The notes: generated by a model not told the origin, from the sequence alone. Positions 1 to 9,497 are shown, counted from the stretch's first letter. The stretch is 31,068 bases of DNA from a virus (IMGVR_UViG_3300032295_002961:1-31068); one strand, 5' to 3'. Program-made: numbers and translations.

Positions 1-909
1 AGAGGTCTTTTAATTATATCTGAAGATGTTCAAGGTGAAGCACTTGCAACATTAGTGGTGAATAAACTTCGAGGAACTATTAAAGTAGCAGCAGTAAAAT
101 CACCTGGATTCGGTGACAGACGAAAGGCAATCTTAGATGATATTGCAGTTCTAACGGGTGGTATTGTTGTTGGCGATGAACGTGGATATAAGTTAGAAGA
201 TGTGACATTAGAACATTTAGGTTCTGCAAAGAAAATATCAATTGATAAAGATAACACAACAATTGTTGAGGGATTGGGTGATACTGAAAGTATTTCAAAG
301 AGAATCTTGGAAATCAAGTCCCAAATAGAAAAAACAACCTCAGATTATGATCGAGAAAAACTGCAAGAAAGACTTGCAAAATTATCCGGAGGGGTTGCTG
401 TTATAAAAATAGGTGCTTCTACTGAAGTTGAGATGAAAGAAAAGAAGGCAAGGATTGAAGATGCACTTCATGCTACAAGAGCTGCTGTTGAAGAAGGTAT
501 AGTTCCAGGAGGTGGTGTTGCTTATTTAGCAGCTTCAACCGATTTGGATAATTTAATTACATTGACTCAAGATGAGCAGACTGGTGTTAACATAGTCAGA
601 CGAGCAATAGAAGAACCAATTCGTCAAATTGTTTCAAACTGTGGTCTTGAACCGTCAGTTATTGTAAATAAAATAAAAGAACATCATTCTTTTCAAACGA
701 ATTCAAGTTCCTTTGGGTATAACGCAAGATTGGATGAATATTGTGACTTGATTGAAGCGGGTGTTATTGATCCTGCAAAAGTTTCAAGAGTTGCACTTCA
801 AAATGCTGCTTCAGTTGCGAGTTTGTTATTAACTACTGAAGCGACTATTGTTGACAAACCTGAAAAGGAGTCTAGTGTTCCCATGCAACCCGACATGATG
901 GGTTATTGA
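1..909 (+). CDS. groEL: Chaperonin GroEL, 5'-truncated by the window edge
   Basis: Frame is open from base 1 ([21 protein letters not shown]...). Hallmark motifs [49 protein letters not shown] and GVIDPAKV are present. Ends in TGA at 907-909. Confidence 0.97.
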   Translation, partial: RGLLIISEDVQGEALATLVVNKLRGTIKVAAVKSPGFGDRRKAILDDIAVLTGGIVVGDERGYKLEDVTLEHLGSAKKISIDKDNTTIVEGLGDTESISKRILEIKSQIEKTTSDYDREKLQERLAKLSGGVAVIKIGASTEVEMKEKKARIEDALHATRAAVEEGIVPGGGVAYLAASTDLDNLITLTQDEQTGVNIVRRAIEEPIRQIVSNCGLEPSVIVNKIKEHHSFQTNSSSFGYNARLDEYCDLIEAGVIDPAKVSRVALQNAASVASLLLTTEATIVDKPEKESSVPMQPDMMGY

Positions 910-927
910 TTGTTTTTGTTTTAATTC

Positions 928-958
928 AAGCCTCCTCTGTTTTGAGGGGGCTTTTTTT
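928..958 (+). terminator. Rho-independent terminator after groEL
   Basis: AAGCCTCCTC-tgtttt-GAGGGGGCTT hairpin followed by a T run. Confidence 0.85.
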
Positions 959-965
959 ATAAATG

Positions 966-975
966 TATATTTATA
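966..975 (+). promoter_or_regulatory. Putative phage promoter motif TATATTTATA
   Basis: Lies 30 nt upstream of the ATG at 1006 and just after a terminator. The same core recurs at four other intergenic sites at similar spacing. Confidence 0.6.
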
Positions 976-1005
976 TCTATAAATTACATTACAATTAAAT
1001 ATAAC

Positions 1006-1236
1006 ATGCTAAAACTAATAGACATATTGTTTGAAAAACAAGACAACATAAGAAACAAAAGTGGTAAAGTTATAGGATCTATAATGACACAATCTAATGG
1101 AAGACAGGTCTTCAGAGATAGAACAGGAAAACTTTTGGGTACTTATGAACCCCAATCGAATATAACACGTGACTACACTGGAAAAGTAGTTGGTAGGGGT
1201 AATATTTTAGCATTCTTAATAAAAGCATACGTATGA
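1006..1236 (+). CDS. Small protein with three R(D/N)x(S/T)GKxxG beta-hairpin-like repeats
   Basis: Repeats RNKSGKVIG, RDRTGKLLG and RDYTGKVVG. N-terminal leader MLKLIDILFE. Stop overlaps the next ATG (ATGA). Confidence 0.75.
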   Translation: MLKLIDILFEKQDNIRNKSGKVIGSIMTQSNGRQVFRDRTGKLLGTYEPQSNITRDYTGKVVGRGNILAFLIKAYV

Positions 1237-1988
1237 TATTACTAAAAGAAATATTATCGGAAAATGAGTCATTATCATCTAAAGTTAGTGATACAATATC
1301 TTTCTTAGATAATCAAAAAAATAAAAAAGTTCTATTTATAACAACTTCAACTCGGTACCCATTCAATACAAAGTATGATAAAGGTGGTGTAAAAACAGAA
1401 CTACCGAAATCCACTGAATTGGCTTTATACATAAAGAATCAAATACAAAACAAATCAAGTATAATAGACATACCTCAATTAAATATATTGCCATGTGAGG
1501 GCAACGTATCTCATATAAAAGGAAATTCTTGTGGTGTTAAGGATTCATTACTTAAAGACAAAGAAAAAAATCCAACTGATTATCATAGATGTTGGGCGAG
1601 TGTAAATGACACACAGGATGAATTATGGAAAGTATCTAAAAAATTATTTGAATCTGACATAATATTGTTTTTTGCATCGATACGTTGGGGGCAAGCAAAT
1701 GCCGAATATCAGAAATTAATAGAAAGATTAACTTGGATAGAAAACCGCCATAGTACATTAGGCGAAAATAATATAATAAAAGATAAACAATCTGGATTCA
1801 TCTGCATAGGCCAGAATTGGAATGGTATGAATGTTGTTGATATTCAAAAACAAGTATTGGAATTTTATGGATTTAAAGTACCAAATGAATTATTTTGGAA
1901 TTGGCAATACACGAACACAACTACAGATGAAACACAAGAATCTTATAAAAAGGCATATAATAAATTTAAGTCCAACTTGAAGGGATAA
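1233..1988 (+). CDS. Flavodoxin-fold protein (NADPH-dependent FMN reductase / iron-sulfur flavoprotein-like)
   Basis: KVLFITTSTR phosphate-binding-loop-like segment, Cys cluster (PCEGNVS..NSC..HRCWAS), D-E-L..SDIILFFASIRWG..QKLIERL pattern. Confidence 0.7.
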   Translation: MILLKEILSENESLSSKVSDTISFLDNQKNKKVLFITTSTRYPFNTKYDKGGVKTELPKSTELALYIKNQIQNKSSIIDIPQLNILPCEGNVSHIKGNSCGVKDSLLKDKEKNPTDYHRCWASVNDTQDELWKVSKKLFESDIILFFASIRWGQANAEYQKLIERLTWIENRHSTLGENNIIKDKQSGFICIGQNWNGMNVVDIQKQVLEFYGFKVPNELFWNWQYTNTTTDETQESYKKAYNKFKSNLKG

Positions 1989-1991
1989 AAA

Positions 1992-3593
1992 ATGATTAAA
2001 TTGATAAAATTATTAGAAGATACTCGGGCTTCTCAAATACGCAGACGTAAATGGCGAATGATTAATGAATCAGAGAACCAATTAGAATATGAGTTTACTC
2101 CAGATCAATATCACGAATTAGAAGATTTAGTACTTCAAGCTGGCGGTGATTTAGAAGCCTTCATTGATTCGGATAGTGATGGCGAATTAAATGAAGCGGA
2201 TGATTACCAAACTATGCCTATATCTTCATTAGAGAAATTAATTCAAAGTAAGTTAGATAAAGACATCTACAAGAAAATAGTTACCAACCTTATAAAATCA
2301 AAGGGTGAAGCTAAACTAAAACAATTAAAAGGTATGAAAGCTAAAGAACGCAGTGAAGAGGATACTGCTGAACTAAAACAATTGGAGGATGAATTTCTTG
2401 AAAAGAATAGCTCAGAGATAGAAAGAGAATTCAAATCCCAAAAACAGAAGAAGAAAATAACTATAAAAATAAACAAAAACGTTTTAGAAGAAACCAAAAT
2501 ATTCATAAAGGATATGAATGAGTTTAGAGATTGGTACTATAACATAAACAAGAGAATAATGGAAGAATTTGGTGATTCAGATGGTGTGCTATTCCTAATT
2601 TTATTAGCTATATTATCACCAAGAAACCGATTACAAGACAACTTAAAGTTTGCTTCCCAATTATATGTTGCTTTAAAAACAGATGAAGAGAACCATATAA
2701 GTAAAGCAGCTCTTAATAAAATACTTACAACAAAAAAACAAGAATCAATAATTTCTATGGTTGTTGATTCAAGAAAAAATGCAATGATGTCTTTGGTTGA
2801 CAAACGAAAAAATCCAGAGATATTTGATGTGTTATCAAAACCTATGACAAGTTTGGATTCAAAAGAAGTTAAGCTTTACAGTGACTTTGTATCTGCTAAT
2901 AAAAAAGCAATATATGATAAGACAAAAGAATTAATGGGTCAGGTAGATTCGGATGTATCGCATAGTGTATTATTTGATACATTATCTCAACCTGGGATGG
3001 GAATGATTTCATCATATATGCCTAATCTATTGAGAGTTATGCGTGACTACGTTAATAACGGATTCACTTTTTCAAGAGAAGAGGTCGTAACTAAATTACG
3101 TTCATTTTGGACCCCTAAAGGTACATTAAAAAAAGAAGCGACTGTATCAGCAGAAAAGGTATTTTCTTTTACATTGAATTTATTAGATCCAACGTATGAG
3201 ACACTACAAGAATTTAATCCAGTTACCATAGACACTTGGATGCTTTTATATTTTTACCCACACTTGAGTAAAGATGAAAGAGAGGCATTGATACAAAAGG
3301 CTGGTGCTTATACATTCATGTCACGTAAAATTCAAGAATTAGCAAAGAAGTTAAAACTAAAACCGTTGGAATTACAAGCTATGATTTGGGTTGCAATGAT
3401 ACGCAAAGAAACAAATGATCCAAATTATTCTGTTAGATATGAAGATGCTTTAGAAAAAGAGGCACAAAAGGCAGATGAAATAAGCGATAACTTGGAACAG
3501 ATTGAGAAGTTTTTTATGACCGATGCAAAGCAAGCAATAGAAAAATACAAGTTAAAATACTCCGTTATGAAGATAGGTAAATCTAAACCGTAA
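1992..3593 (+). CDS. Hypothetical protein with a C-terminal HhH-GPD/DNA-glycosylase-like phage domain
   Basis: Motif series DWYY..LLAILSPRN..N..A / KVFSFTLNL..VTIDTWM / Y..IQELAKKL..PLELQAMIW resembles a phage family I associate with the HhH-GPD fold. N-terminus is charged and coiled-coil-like. The ORF is certain; the function is tentative. Confidence 0.5.
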   Translation: MIKLIKLLEDTRASQIRRRKWRMINESENQLEYEFTPDQYHELEDLVLQAGGDLEAFIDSDSDGELNEADDYQTMPISSLEKLIQSKLDKDIYKKIVTNLIKSKGEAKLKQLKGMKAKERSEEDTAELKQLEDEFLEKNSSEIEREFKSQKQKKKITIKINKNVLEETKIFIKDMNEFRDWYYNINKRIMEEFGDSDGVLFLILLAILSPRNRLQDNLKFASQLYVALKTDEENHISKAALNKILTTKKQESIISMVVDSRKNAMMSLVDKRKNPEIFDVLSKPMTSLDSKEVKLYSDFVSANKKAIYDKTKELMGQVDSDVSHSVLFDTLSQPGMGMISSYMPNLLRVMRDYVNNGFTFSREEVVTKLRSFWTPKGTLKKEATVSAEKVFSFTLNLLDPTYETLQEFNPVTIDTWMLLYFYPHLSKDEREALIQKAGAYTFMSRKIQELAKKLKLKPLELQAMIWVAMIRKETNDPNYSVRYEDALEKEAQKADEISDNLEQIEKFFMTDAKQAIEKYKLKYSVMKIGKSKP

Positions 3594-3604
3594 CTTAAAA
3601 AATT

Positions 3605-3631
3605 AAACCCATCGAAATCGATGGGTTTTTT
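3605..3631. terminator. Bidirectional rho-independent terminator between convergent transcription units
   Basis: Perfect inverted repeat AAACCCATCGA-aa-TCGATGGGTTT, with a T run downstream and an A run upstream, between stops at 3593 (+) and 3633 (-). Confidence 0.88.
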
Positions 3632-3632
3632 A

Positions 3633-5909
3633 TTATATCTCTAACTTTATTTTTATCACCAATTCATCGGAAGGTGTTTTTCTTATTGGTTTACTCAATT
3701 TAGCAACAGCTAAAAGTTCACCATTATCACTATAAAGACCAATAGTTGTTATGTAAACAAATGGAGTTTTAACGGTTCTCAATTTATCTTTTACTACTAA
3801 TGAATCTTTTCCGTCATCAACAACATCAAAATATGATGGATTTAATGTGTAATTAAACTCATAATTGTTTATGCGTATAAAACAGTATGTTGGTATTTTT
3901 ATCTCTGAGGTATTTGCAATGAATGGTTTTTCTACAGACATAGCACCACTTATTGCAGTGAACATCAACTCTGCATTTGAAGAGGATAGGAATGCTCCTC
4001 CAACTATTGGAGTTATCCTTTTAGTTTCAATCGAAGCTGAGGCATATAGCATTTGACCATTTAGTACTATGATACCGTTATCTGGAAATACCAATCCATA
4101 TGGTTCTTTATCAGCGTTAGCGTCTATGCCAAATTCCAAACTTCCACTATAAATGCCATAAACAGCCCCACCCAACGAGTGTAATTTATAGGTTGGGTTT
4201 GATTGTGGTGTTCCAATATATTCAACTGTTTCATCTATCAAAGTTACTATATTGTTTGTGTCTGGTACATTTGATTCATCTACAGAGCACAATGATAATT
4301 GCCAATTTCCAGATTCTATCCTATCCCTAAAGTTCCAACGATTTAAACTTATAACGTAAATATCATCGGATATTACACTTTTTACGGGATTTTCATTTGC
4401 AGTTGGTATAACTCCGACTGCCATATATGGAGCTGTTTCTATTATACCCCATCCAAGTTTTGAACTTTGTTTTGTTGGTGACAGTATCTGTATATTAGAT
4501 GGCCCGTTTCCTAATTGAAATTGGTCATTGTTTCCCCATCCATATAATTGATTAGCCTTTATACCCAATACAAAATTTGGTCCGCAAGATATATCAGTCC
4601 AATCTGTATCCGATGATGGTGTCTGTATACCTAAATTAAAAGGGAATGATGATGGACTGTTACTACCAATTCCCAATGTTCCATTCTCATCATTAGAGCC
4701 CCATGATTTTAAGGCACCACCTTTTACTCCCACTGCGAAAGCTTTACCCACGGATACCTTTTCCCAATCCGTAGCTGAACCTAATTGATATGGTATGCTT
4801 GTATTTGGATTGGATAGGTCTATAACACCTGAATTATTGTCACCCCAACCCCAAAGAGTACCATCACTTTGTATCCCCATAACGGTTTGAAACTCATCAA
4901 AATTCTCAGAATTTGATGTTGCTATCATAGTCCAATTATCTGTTCCATATGAAGTTACGGTGGTTGGTATATTTCTATTTGTGGTATCGTCCAATCCCAA
5001 TTGACCTTGTAAATTTTGTCCCCAAGACCAAAGAGACCCGTCTGTTTTTATAGCAAAAGAATATGTTGCTCCAGCACAAACAAAATCCCAATCACTATCA
5101 CTACCCATTTTGGTTAATGAAACTCCATCACCTCCAAAATATCCTAATCCCAATTGACCAAATTCGTTATCTCCAGAAACCCACATCGTTCCATCGTTTT
5201 TAATAGCTAAAAGATGTCCATGACCCAAACTAACACTCTTCCAATCCTTTGTATCACTTAGTTTATAAGCAATCTTCATGTTATTAAGTAAAGAGAATGC
5301 TGGATAAACTACTACCAATTCATTGCTGTTAGTAACCATTACTATTATAGAAACATTTGGGTCATATTTTCCAGACCTACCAATTGATATACTTTTAGCT
5401 GAAGCCAATTGATTGGATGTTATACTTGGAATATTTATTTTAGTTGGATACTGCCAAGACAAAAATGGAAGCCAATACTCTTTTCCCCAAAAATAGTTAC
5501 CAACTATTTGATTTGTTATTCCATAAAATTTAAATTTACCATCTTCAAGATATTTCGATTTATCATAATCTAAAAATTGATTTTTAAATTGACTATAAAC
5601 AGCTCTTGATTCACTAACCCCAGTAGATGATGTTATGAATCCATTTGAACCAACAGCAGATCCATTTCCAGCATAATGGCCGTAAGCTAAACTAAACACT
5701 GTATGTAGACTTGCTGTATTTAATGAGTTTGAATAGACATCCATATAGTATATTTTTCTATGTGGATGTTGATTTGAGCTGGTAAATATAGAGTTTAGAC
5801 TAGAGCTATTAGTTGACCACATTGGAGCGGTAACAACTTCACGTCTATCATATAAAAATGATGTTTCTAAATCTATTGATTTGGTAATGTATGTAAATAT
5901 ATTTTCCAT
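3633..5909 (-). CDS. Putative virion (baseplate/tail-fibre-associated) protein with an inserted RCC1-repeat beta-propeller
   Basis: Five clear RCC1 repeats (e.g. DGSLWSWGQNLQGQLG) plus degenerate ones. C-terminal YITTIGLYSDNGELLAVAKLSKP resembles phage tail-fibre proximal domains. Paralog of 5918-8251. Confidence 0.75.
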   Translation of the reverse strand: MENIFTYITKSIDLETSFLYDRREVVTAPMWSTNSSSLNSIFTSSNQHPHRKIYYMDVYSNSLNTASLHTVFSLAYGHYAGNGSAVGSNGFITSSTGVSESRAVYSQFKNQFLDYDKSKYLEDGKFKFYGITNQIVGNYFWGKEYWLPFLSWQYPTKINIPSITSNQLASAKSISIGRSGKYDPNVSIIVMVTNSNELVVVYPAFSLLNNMKIAYKLSDTKDWKSVSLGHGHLLAIKNDGTMWVSGDNEFGQLGLGYFGGDGVSLTKMGSDSDWDFVCAGATYSFAIKTDGSLWSWGQNLQGQLGLDDTTNRNIPTTVTSYGTDNWTMIATSNSENFDEFQTVMGIQSDGTLWGWGDNNSGVIDLSNPNTSIPYQLGSATDWEKVSVGKAFAVGVKGGALKSWGSNDENGTLGIGSNSPSSFPFNLGIQTPSSDTDWTDISCGPNFVLGIKANQLYGWGNNDQFQLGNGPSNIQILSPTKQSSKLGWGIIETAPYMAVGVIPTANENPVKSVISDDIYVISLNRWNFRDRIESGNWQLSLCSVDESNVPDTNNIVTLIDETVEYIGTPQSNPTYKLHSLGGAVYGIYSGSLEFGIDANADKEPYGLVFPDNGIIVLNGQMLYASASIETKRITPIVGGAFLSSSNAELMFTAISGAMSVEKPFIANTSEIKIPTYCFIRINNYEFNYTLNPSYFDVVDDGKDSLVVKDKLRTVKTPFVYITTIGLYSDNGELLAVAKLSKPIRKTPSDELVIKIKLEI

Positions 5910-5917
5910 ATTTCCTT

Positions 5918-8251
5918 TTAATTTCTTATTGAAACTTTTATAACTAATTCAGTGTCTTTAGTTTTTCTTATTGGTTTACTTAACTTAGCCACAGCCAATA
6001 ATTCGTTATCATCATTGTATAAACCAACTTGAGTAATGTATGAAAAGTGATATTCATTTTCTTTAACTTGTTTTTTTATCTTACCATCCAAATCTCTATC
6101 AACATATGACGGATTATTCGAATAGTTAAAGTTGTCAGCTGTCACTCTGATAAAAACGTTGACATATTCTAAACGTTCTGTTGAATTTGACATGAAGTAG
6201 TATAGAGAATCGTCAATTGCCATGGCTCCACTTATGGATGTGAATATACCGTCCGCATTTGACGAGAACGGTATAGCTCCACTAGATGTTGCAGGGGATC
6301 TATCCGTATAAATATTTGCAAATGTTGATAAAGCATTTCCATTTAAAACAATAATACCATGCTTAGGATAAAATAAACCATATGGTATTCCAGACGAATT
6401 TGATAATCCAGATTCAATAGAACCATCATAAACATTGTATACCAAATCTTCTTTATTATATCTATTTTTTACAAGAGTTGAATCATCGGTTAAAGTTATT
6501 GGTATTAAGTCCGTTCTAACTGAACCATCGTTGTTTGTTGCAGCTAATGATAACTGCCATTTTCCAGGAGTTATCTGATCACGCATGTTTTGACTATCAA
6601 AACTTATAGCATAAATGTAATTTGGATTCTTAAAAGCACCCTCATCGAATATTATTTTTTGAGATATTATAGAGTGTGCTGAGTCTGGTGTGTCACCGAC
6701 TATTGCAGAATCATCACAGATGGATACATCGGTTATTTCTGTTCTATACTTTAGTTCACTATCAAAAGTATCGGTTACAGATACTTCAGTCATTACATAA
6801 AAAGTTTCTGGTAGTGAACTATTCTCAGTACCCAATTCACCATAACTGTTTATACCACTTACATATAGTTTATTATCCAAAATCCCCATTGAATTATAAG
6901 TAGAACAGTCTATCGATGTCCAATTGGTATTGGAATTCACTAACGTTGGTGTTGGTGTTATGTGGGGTGAATTATTGTTATCAGCTAATCTACCATCAGA
7001 TCCATCGCCCCATGAGTATAATTTTCCATCTTCGTTTATGGCTAATGTGTGATATGCACCACAAGCAACATCTCTCCATTTTCCATTTCCTATTTTAGTT
7101 GGAACATATTTGTCTGGTTCACCACCACCCAATCCTAATTGAGAAACATCATTTCTACCCCAACCATAAATAGAACCATCAAATTTTAGTCCTATGGTAT
7201 AACAATCACCATCGTAATTTTTAGACGTAAATACTCTATACCAATCCTGTTTATAGTCTACTTGAGTTGGTATTAATCTGGAAGTTGTGTCACCCAATCC
7301 CAATTGACCCCTAGAATTATAACCCCAACACCAAAGAGTTCCGTCCAATTTTATACCCAATGAATGTCCTTGTCCGGCTGAAACATGCGTCCATATATCA
7401 CCACTTATTTTAATTGGGGAATGTCTATCCGTTGTTGTTCCATCTCCTAATCTACCATCATCATTTCTACCCCAAGCCCAAAGACTACCATCTTTCTTTA
7501 TTGCTAAAGTATGCCATACTCCTGATGATACATATTCCCATTCGCCTAATTGGCCTATTTGAATCGGGGAACTTTTTGATATAGTTGTTCCATCACCTAA
7601 CTGACCATAATCATTTCTTCCTATAGCACAAAGAGTGCCATCAGATCTAATAGTAGTTGTATACCCACCACCAGCAGAAACCTTTGAGAAGTTATTTGGG
7701 CTTAGAGAGCTACTATATGCATACTCTGTGTTAGTTGAGAATAATCCTAACTGCCCATAACCATTCGTACCAGATCCATACATCTTAAATACTGATAGAT
7801 TATCTCCAACGTACTCTGGATAATCGAAATTAAACAGTATTGGATCATTATCTGTACCATGTAGGGTGTTTCTATATTGGGAGTAAATGGCTTTTGATTC
7901 AAATACATTATGTTTTATATCACCAAATGATCCAGTCGAAGAACCTATTCCGTTAATATCGCCATAAGCTATGGTGAATTGTACACCATTTTCTAAGTTT
8001 TTTTCAGAATATACTTCCCTATAATATATTTTAGTTCTATGTGGTTGATCTGAGCTAGTAAATATGCTATGAAGACTCGAGCTACCATTTGTCCAAGATG
8101 GATAAACGTTGGTTATGTGTTTATCATATGAGTTTGATTTTGGATATTCCGATGAATATATCTCTTTATAAACCATCGATGGTCCATTATAAATGATATA
8201 CTTTTGTGTATATTCGTCGAAAATAAAATCTGAATTTTTTATTATATCCAT
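5918..8251 (-). CDS. Putative virion (baseplate/tail-fibre-associated) protein with a 7-repeat RCC1 beta-propeller
   Basis: Seven GxNxxG(Q/R/E)LG-type repeats. N- and C-flanks align by eye with 3633-5909 (SIFTSS, AYG, ES.A.YSQ, WQLSL, GIIVLNG, ELLAVAKLSKPIRKT). Confidence 0.78.
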   Translation of the reverse strand: MDIIKNSDFIFDEYTQKYIIYNGPSMVYKEIYSSEYPKSNSYDKHITNVYPSWTNGSSSLHSIFTSSDQPHRTKIYYREVYSEKNLENGVQFTIAYGDINGIGSSTGSFGDIKHNVFESKAIYSQYRNTLHGTDNDPILFNFDYPEYVGDNLSVFKMYGSGTNGYGQLGLFSTNTEYAYSSSLSPNNFSKVSAGGGYTTTIRSDGTLCAIGRNDYGQLGDGTTISKSSPIQIGQLGEWEYVSSGVWHTLAIKKDGSLWAWGRNDDGRLGDGTTTDRHSPIKISGDIWTHVSAGQGHSLGIKLDGTLWCWGYNSRGQLGLGDTTSRLIPTQVDYKQDWYRVFTSKNYDGDCYTIGLKFDGSIYGWGRNDVSQLGLGGGEPDKYVPTKIGNGKWRDVACGAYHTLAINEDGKLYSWGDGSDGRLADNNNSPHITPTPTLVNSNTNWTSIDCSTYNSMGILDNKLYVSGINSYGELGTENSSLPETFYVMTEVSVTDTFDSELKYRTEITDVSICDDSAIVGDTPDSAHSIISQKIIFDEGAFKNPNYIYAISFDSQNMRDQITPGKWQLSLAATNNDGSVRTDLIPITLTDDSTLVKNRYNKEDLVYNVYDGSIESGLSNSSGIPYGLFYPKHGIIVLNGNALSTFANIYTDRSPATSSGAIPFSSNADGIFTSISGAMAIDDSLYYFMSNSTERLEYVNVFIRVTADNFNYSNNPSYVDRDLDGKIKKQVKENEYHFSYITQVGLYNDDNELLAVAKLSKPIRKTKDTELVIKVSIRN

Positions 8252-8272
8252 ATAGTAACTTTATCTATTTTT

Positions 8273-8554
8273 TTAAAATGTATCGTTTTTTAGATCTGAA
8301 GTGATTAGGTTTAAATACTCTACACCCTTTATTGTAAGGGAGCAATTATGATATTTTATTTTATTTTTCAATCCAATAACAACATCATAGTCGTATTTTC
8401 GTGTATCCTTTATTCTATGCAACTTTAATATAACCCAATCTAATTTATCCAACACTTCCTGTTTTTTATCTAAGTCTTGGTATTCCGTATATGCGGTATA
8501 ATTTAAATCGGATATATCTTCCAATTCTAAGCTATTCCAAAAAGAATCTAACAT
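8273..8554 (-). CDS. Hypothetical protein
   Basis: 93-aa ORF starting 1 nt after the endolysin stop, in the same operon direction. Confidence 0.7.
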   Translation of the reverse strand: MLDSFWNSLELEDISDLNYTAYTEYQDLDKKQEVLDKLDWVILKLHRIKDTRKYDYDVVIGLKNKIKYHNCSLTIKGVEYLNLITSDLKNDTF

Positions 8555-8555
8555 A

Positions 8556-9155
8556 TTACTTCAACGTATTATAGTACTTATTAAAATAATTTATCCTATC
8601 CGTTAATCCATTATAACCACCATTTATACGTTTGGTTATATCTTTGATAACTATTTCGTCGTCTCCTTTATCTGCTATTTTATTTAATCCGTTTGTTCCA
8701 AAAAACCAAGCAGCAGACATCAGTGGGTATTTTGTAGCAACTAAATCTGGATTATTAGTAATATCATCGTCAATAAATTTATCAAATTTTAAATAATTAC
8801 TTTTACCAGTAAGTTGGATATATCCCCTGCCTCTATATTTCCAACCGTCTTCAGTTGACTCATCACCATTTCCCATTCTTCCACCATAAACACGTGAAGC
8901 TATTTTTTTTGGCTTACGTGCATACGTTTCTGCCAAACTTGGTTGATTAAAATATTTTGGAAATGTTGTTAATAAACCCTTTGATGAATAATTCAAATTT
9001 TCCACAGAGTATTTGAAACCACCGCTCTCATGGGCACATTGACTTAAAAAATGGGAAAGTCTGAGTATGGTATTTATTTCAAATTTTTGGACAACCGATG
9101 GTATTTGTCCCAAGACAACATCGGGAACTATATTTTTTAATTTACCATAATCCAT
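8556..9155 (-). CDS. Glycoside hydrolase family 19 (chitinase-like) endolysin
   Basis: HFLSQCAHESGGF, ENLNYS, DGWKYRGRGYIQLTGK.NY, SAAWFF and ITKRINGG.NGL.DR. Start revised to ATG 9155 (MDYGKL), which is preceded by GGAGA, avoiding overlap with the upstream gene. Confidence 0.92.
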   Translation of the reverse strand: MDYGKLKNIVPDVVLGQIPSVVQKFEINTILRLSHFLSQCAHESGGFKYSVENLNYSSKGLLTTFPKYFNQPSLAETYARKPKKIASRVYGGRMGNGDESTEDGWKYRGRGYIQLTGKSNYLKFDKFIDDDITNNPDLVATKYPLMSAAWFFGTNGLNKIADKGDDEIVIKDITKRINGGYNGLTDRINYFNKYYNTLK

Positions 9156-9168
9156 TTGAAATCTCCAA

Positions 9169-9462
9169 TTAGTCCCAACTTGGATAGATACCTTGAATAG
9201 CGATATATGAAGGTAGGTATGGTTTTCCGTTGTACATATCACCTGTATTTATTTTTATTGCGTTACCGTGTTCATCCTTTGGTCTTAAATCTGGTAATGC
9301 AAAGTTGTGAATACCGTCACCACCAAATGCAGTTCCTAATAATGAGAATAATGCGTCATTATGACTTATAGGTAATATTTGTCCAGCACATAAAGCCCAA
9401 CCCTTAATACCTCTGCCATCGGGATATGCAAATTGCATTATAGTACCAATATAAACTTCCAT
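9169..9462 (-). CDS. Stand-alone phage tail collar domain protein
   Basis: YIGTIMQFA..GWALCAGQILPI..ALFSLLGTAFGGDG..NFALPDLR and C-terminal YIAIQGIYPS. GGAG RBS present. Confidence 0.9.
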   Translation of the reverse strand: MEVYIGTIMQFAYPDGRGIKGWALCAGQILPISHNDALFSLLGTAFGGDGIHNFALPDLRPKDEHGNAIKINTGDMYNGKPYLPSYIAIQGIYPSWD

Positions 9463-9497
9463 GATATAACTCCATTAATCAATGTAAAAATACTACA

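Noticed and set aside
7148-7474. Exact DNA repeat CATCATTTCTACCCCAA (about 7148 and 7458) as a DGR template/variable repeat or CRISPR repeat
   Set aside because: Both copies encode the WGRND of RCC1 repeats in frame. There is no reverse transcriptase and no long adenine-mismatched repeat pair in the window.
9156-9242. N-terminal extension of the GH19 ORF, which might be read as a signal or SAR region
   Set aside because: It overlaps the tail-collar gene, and a GGAGA RBS supports the start at 9155.
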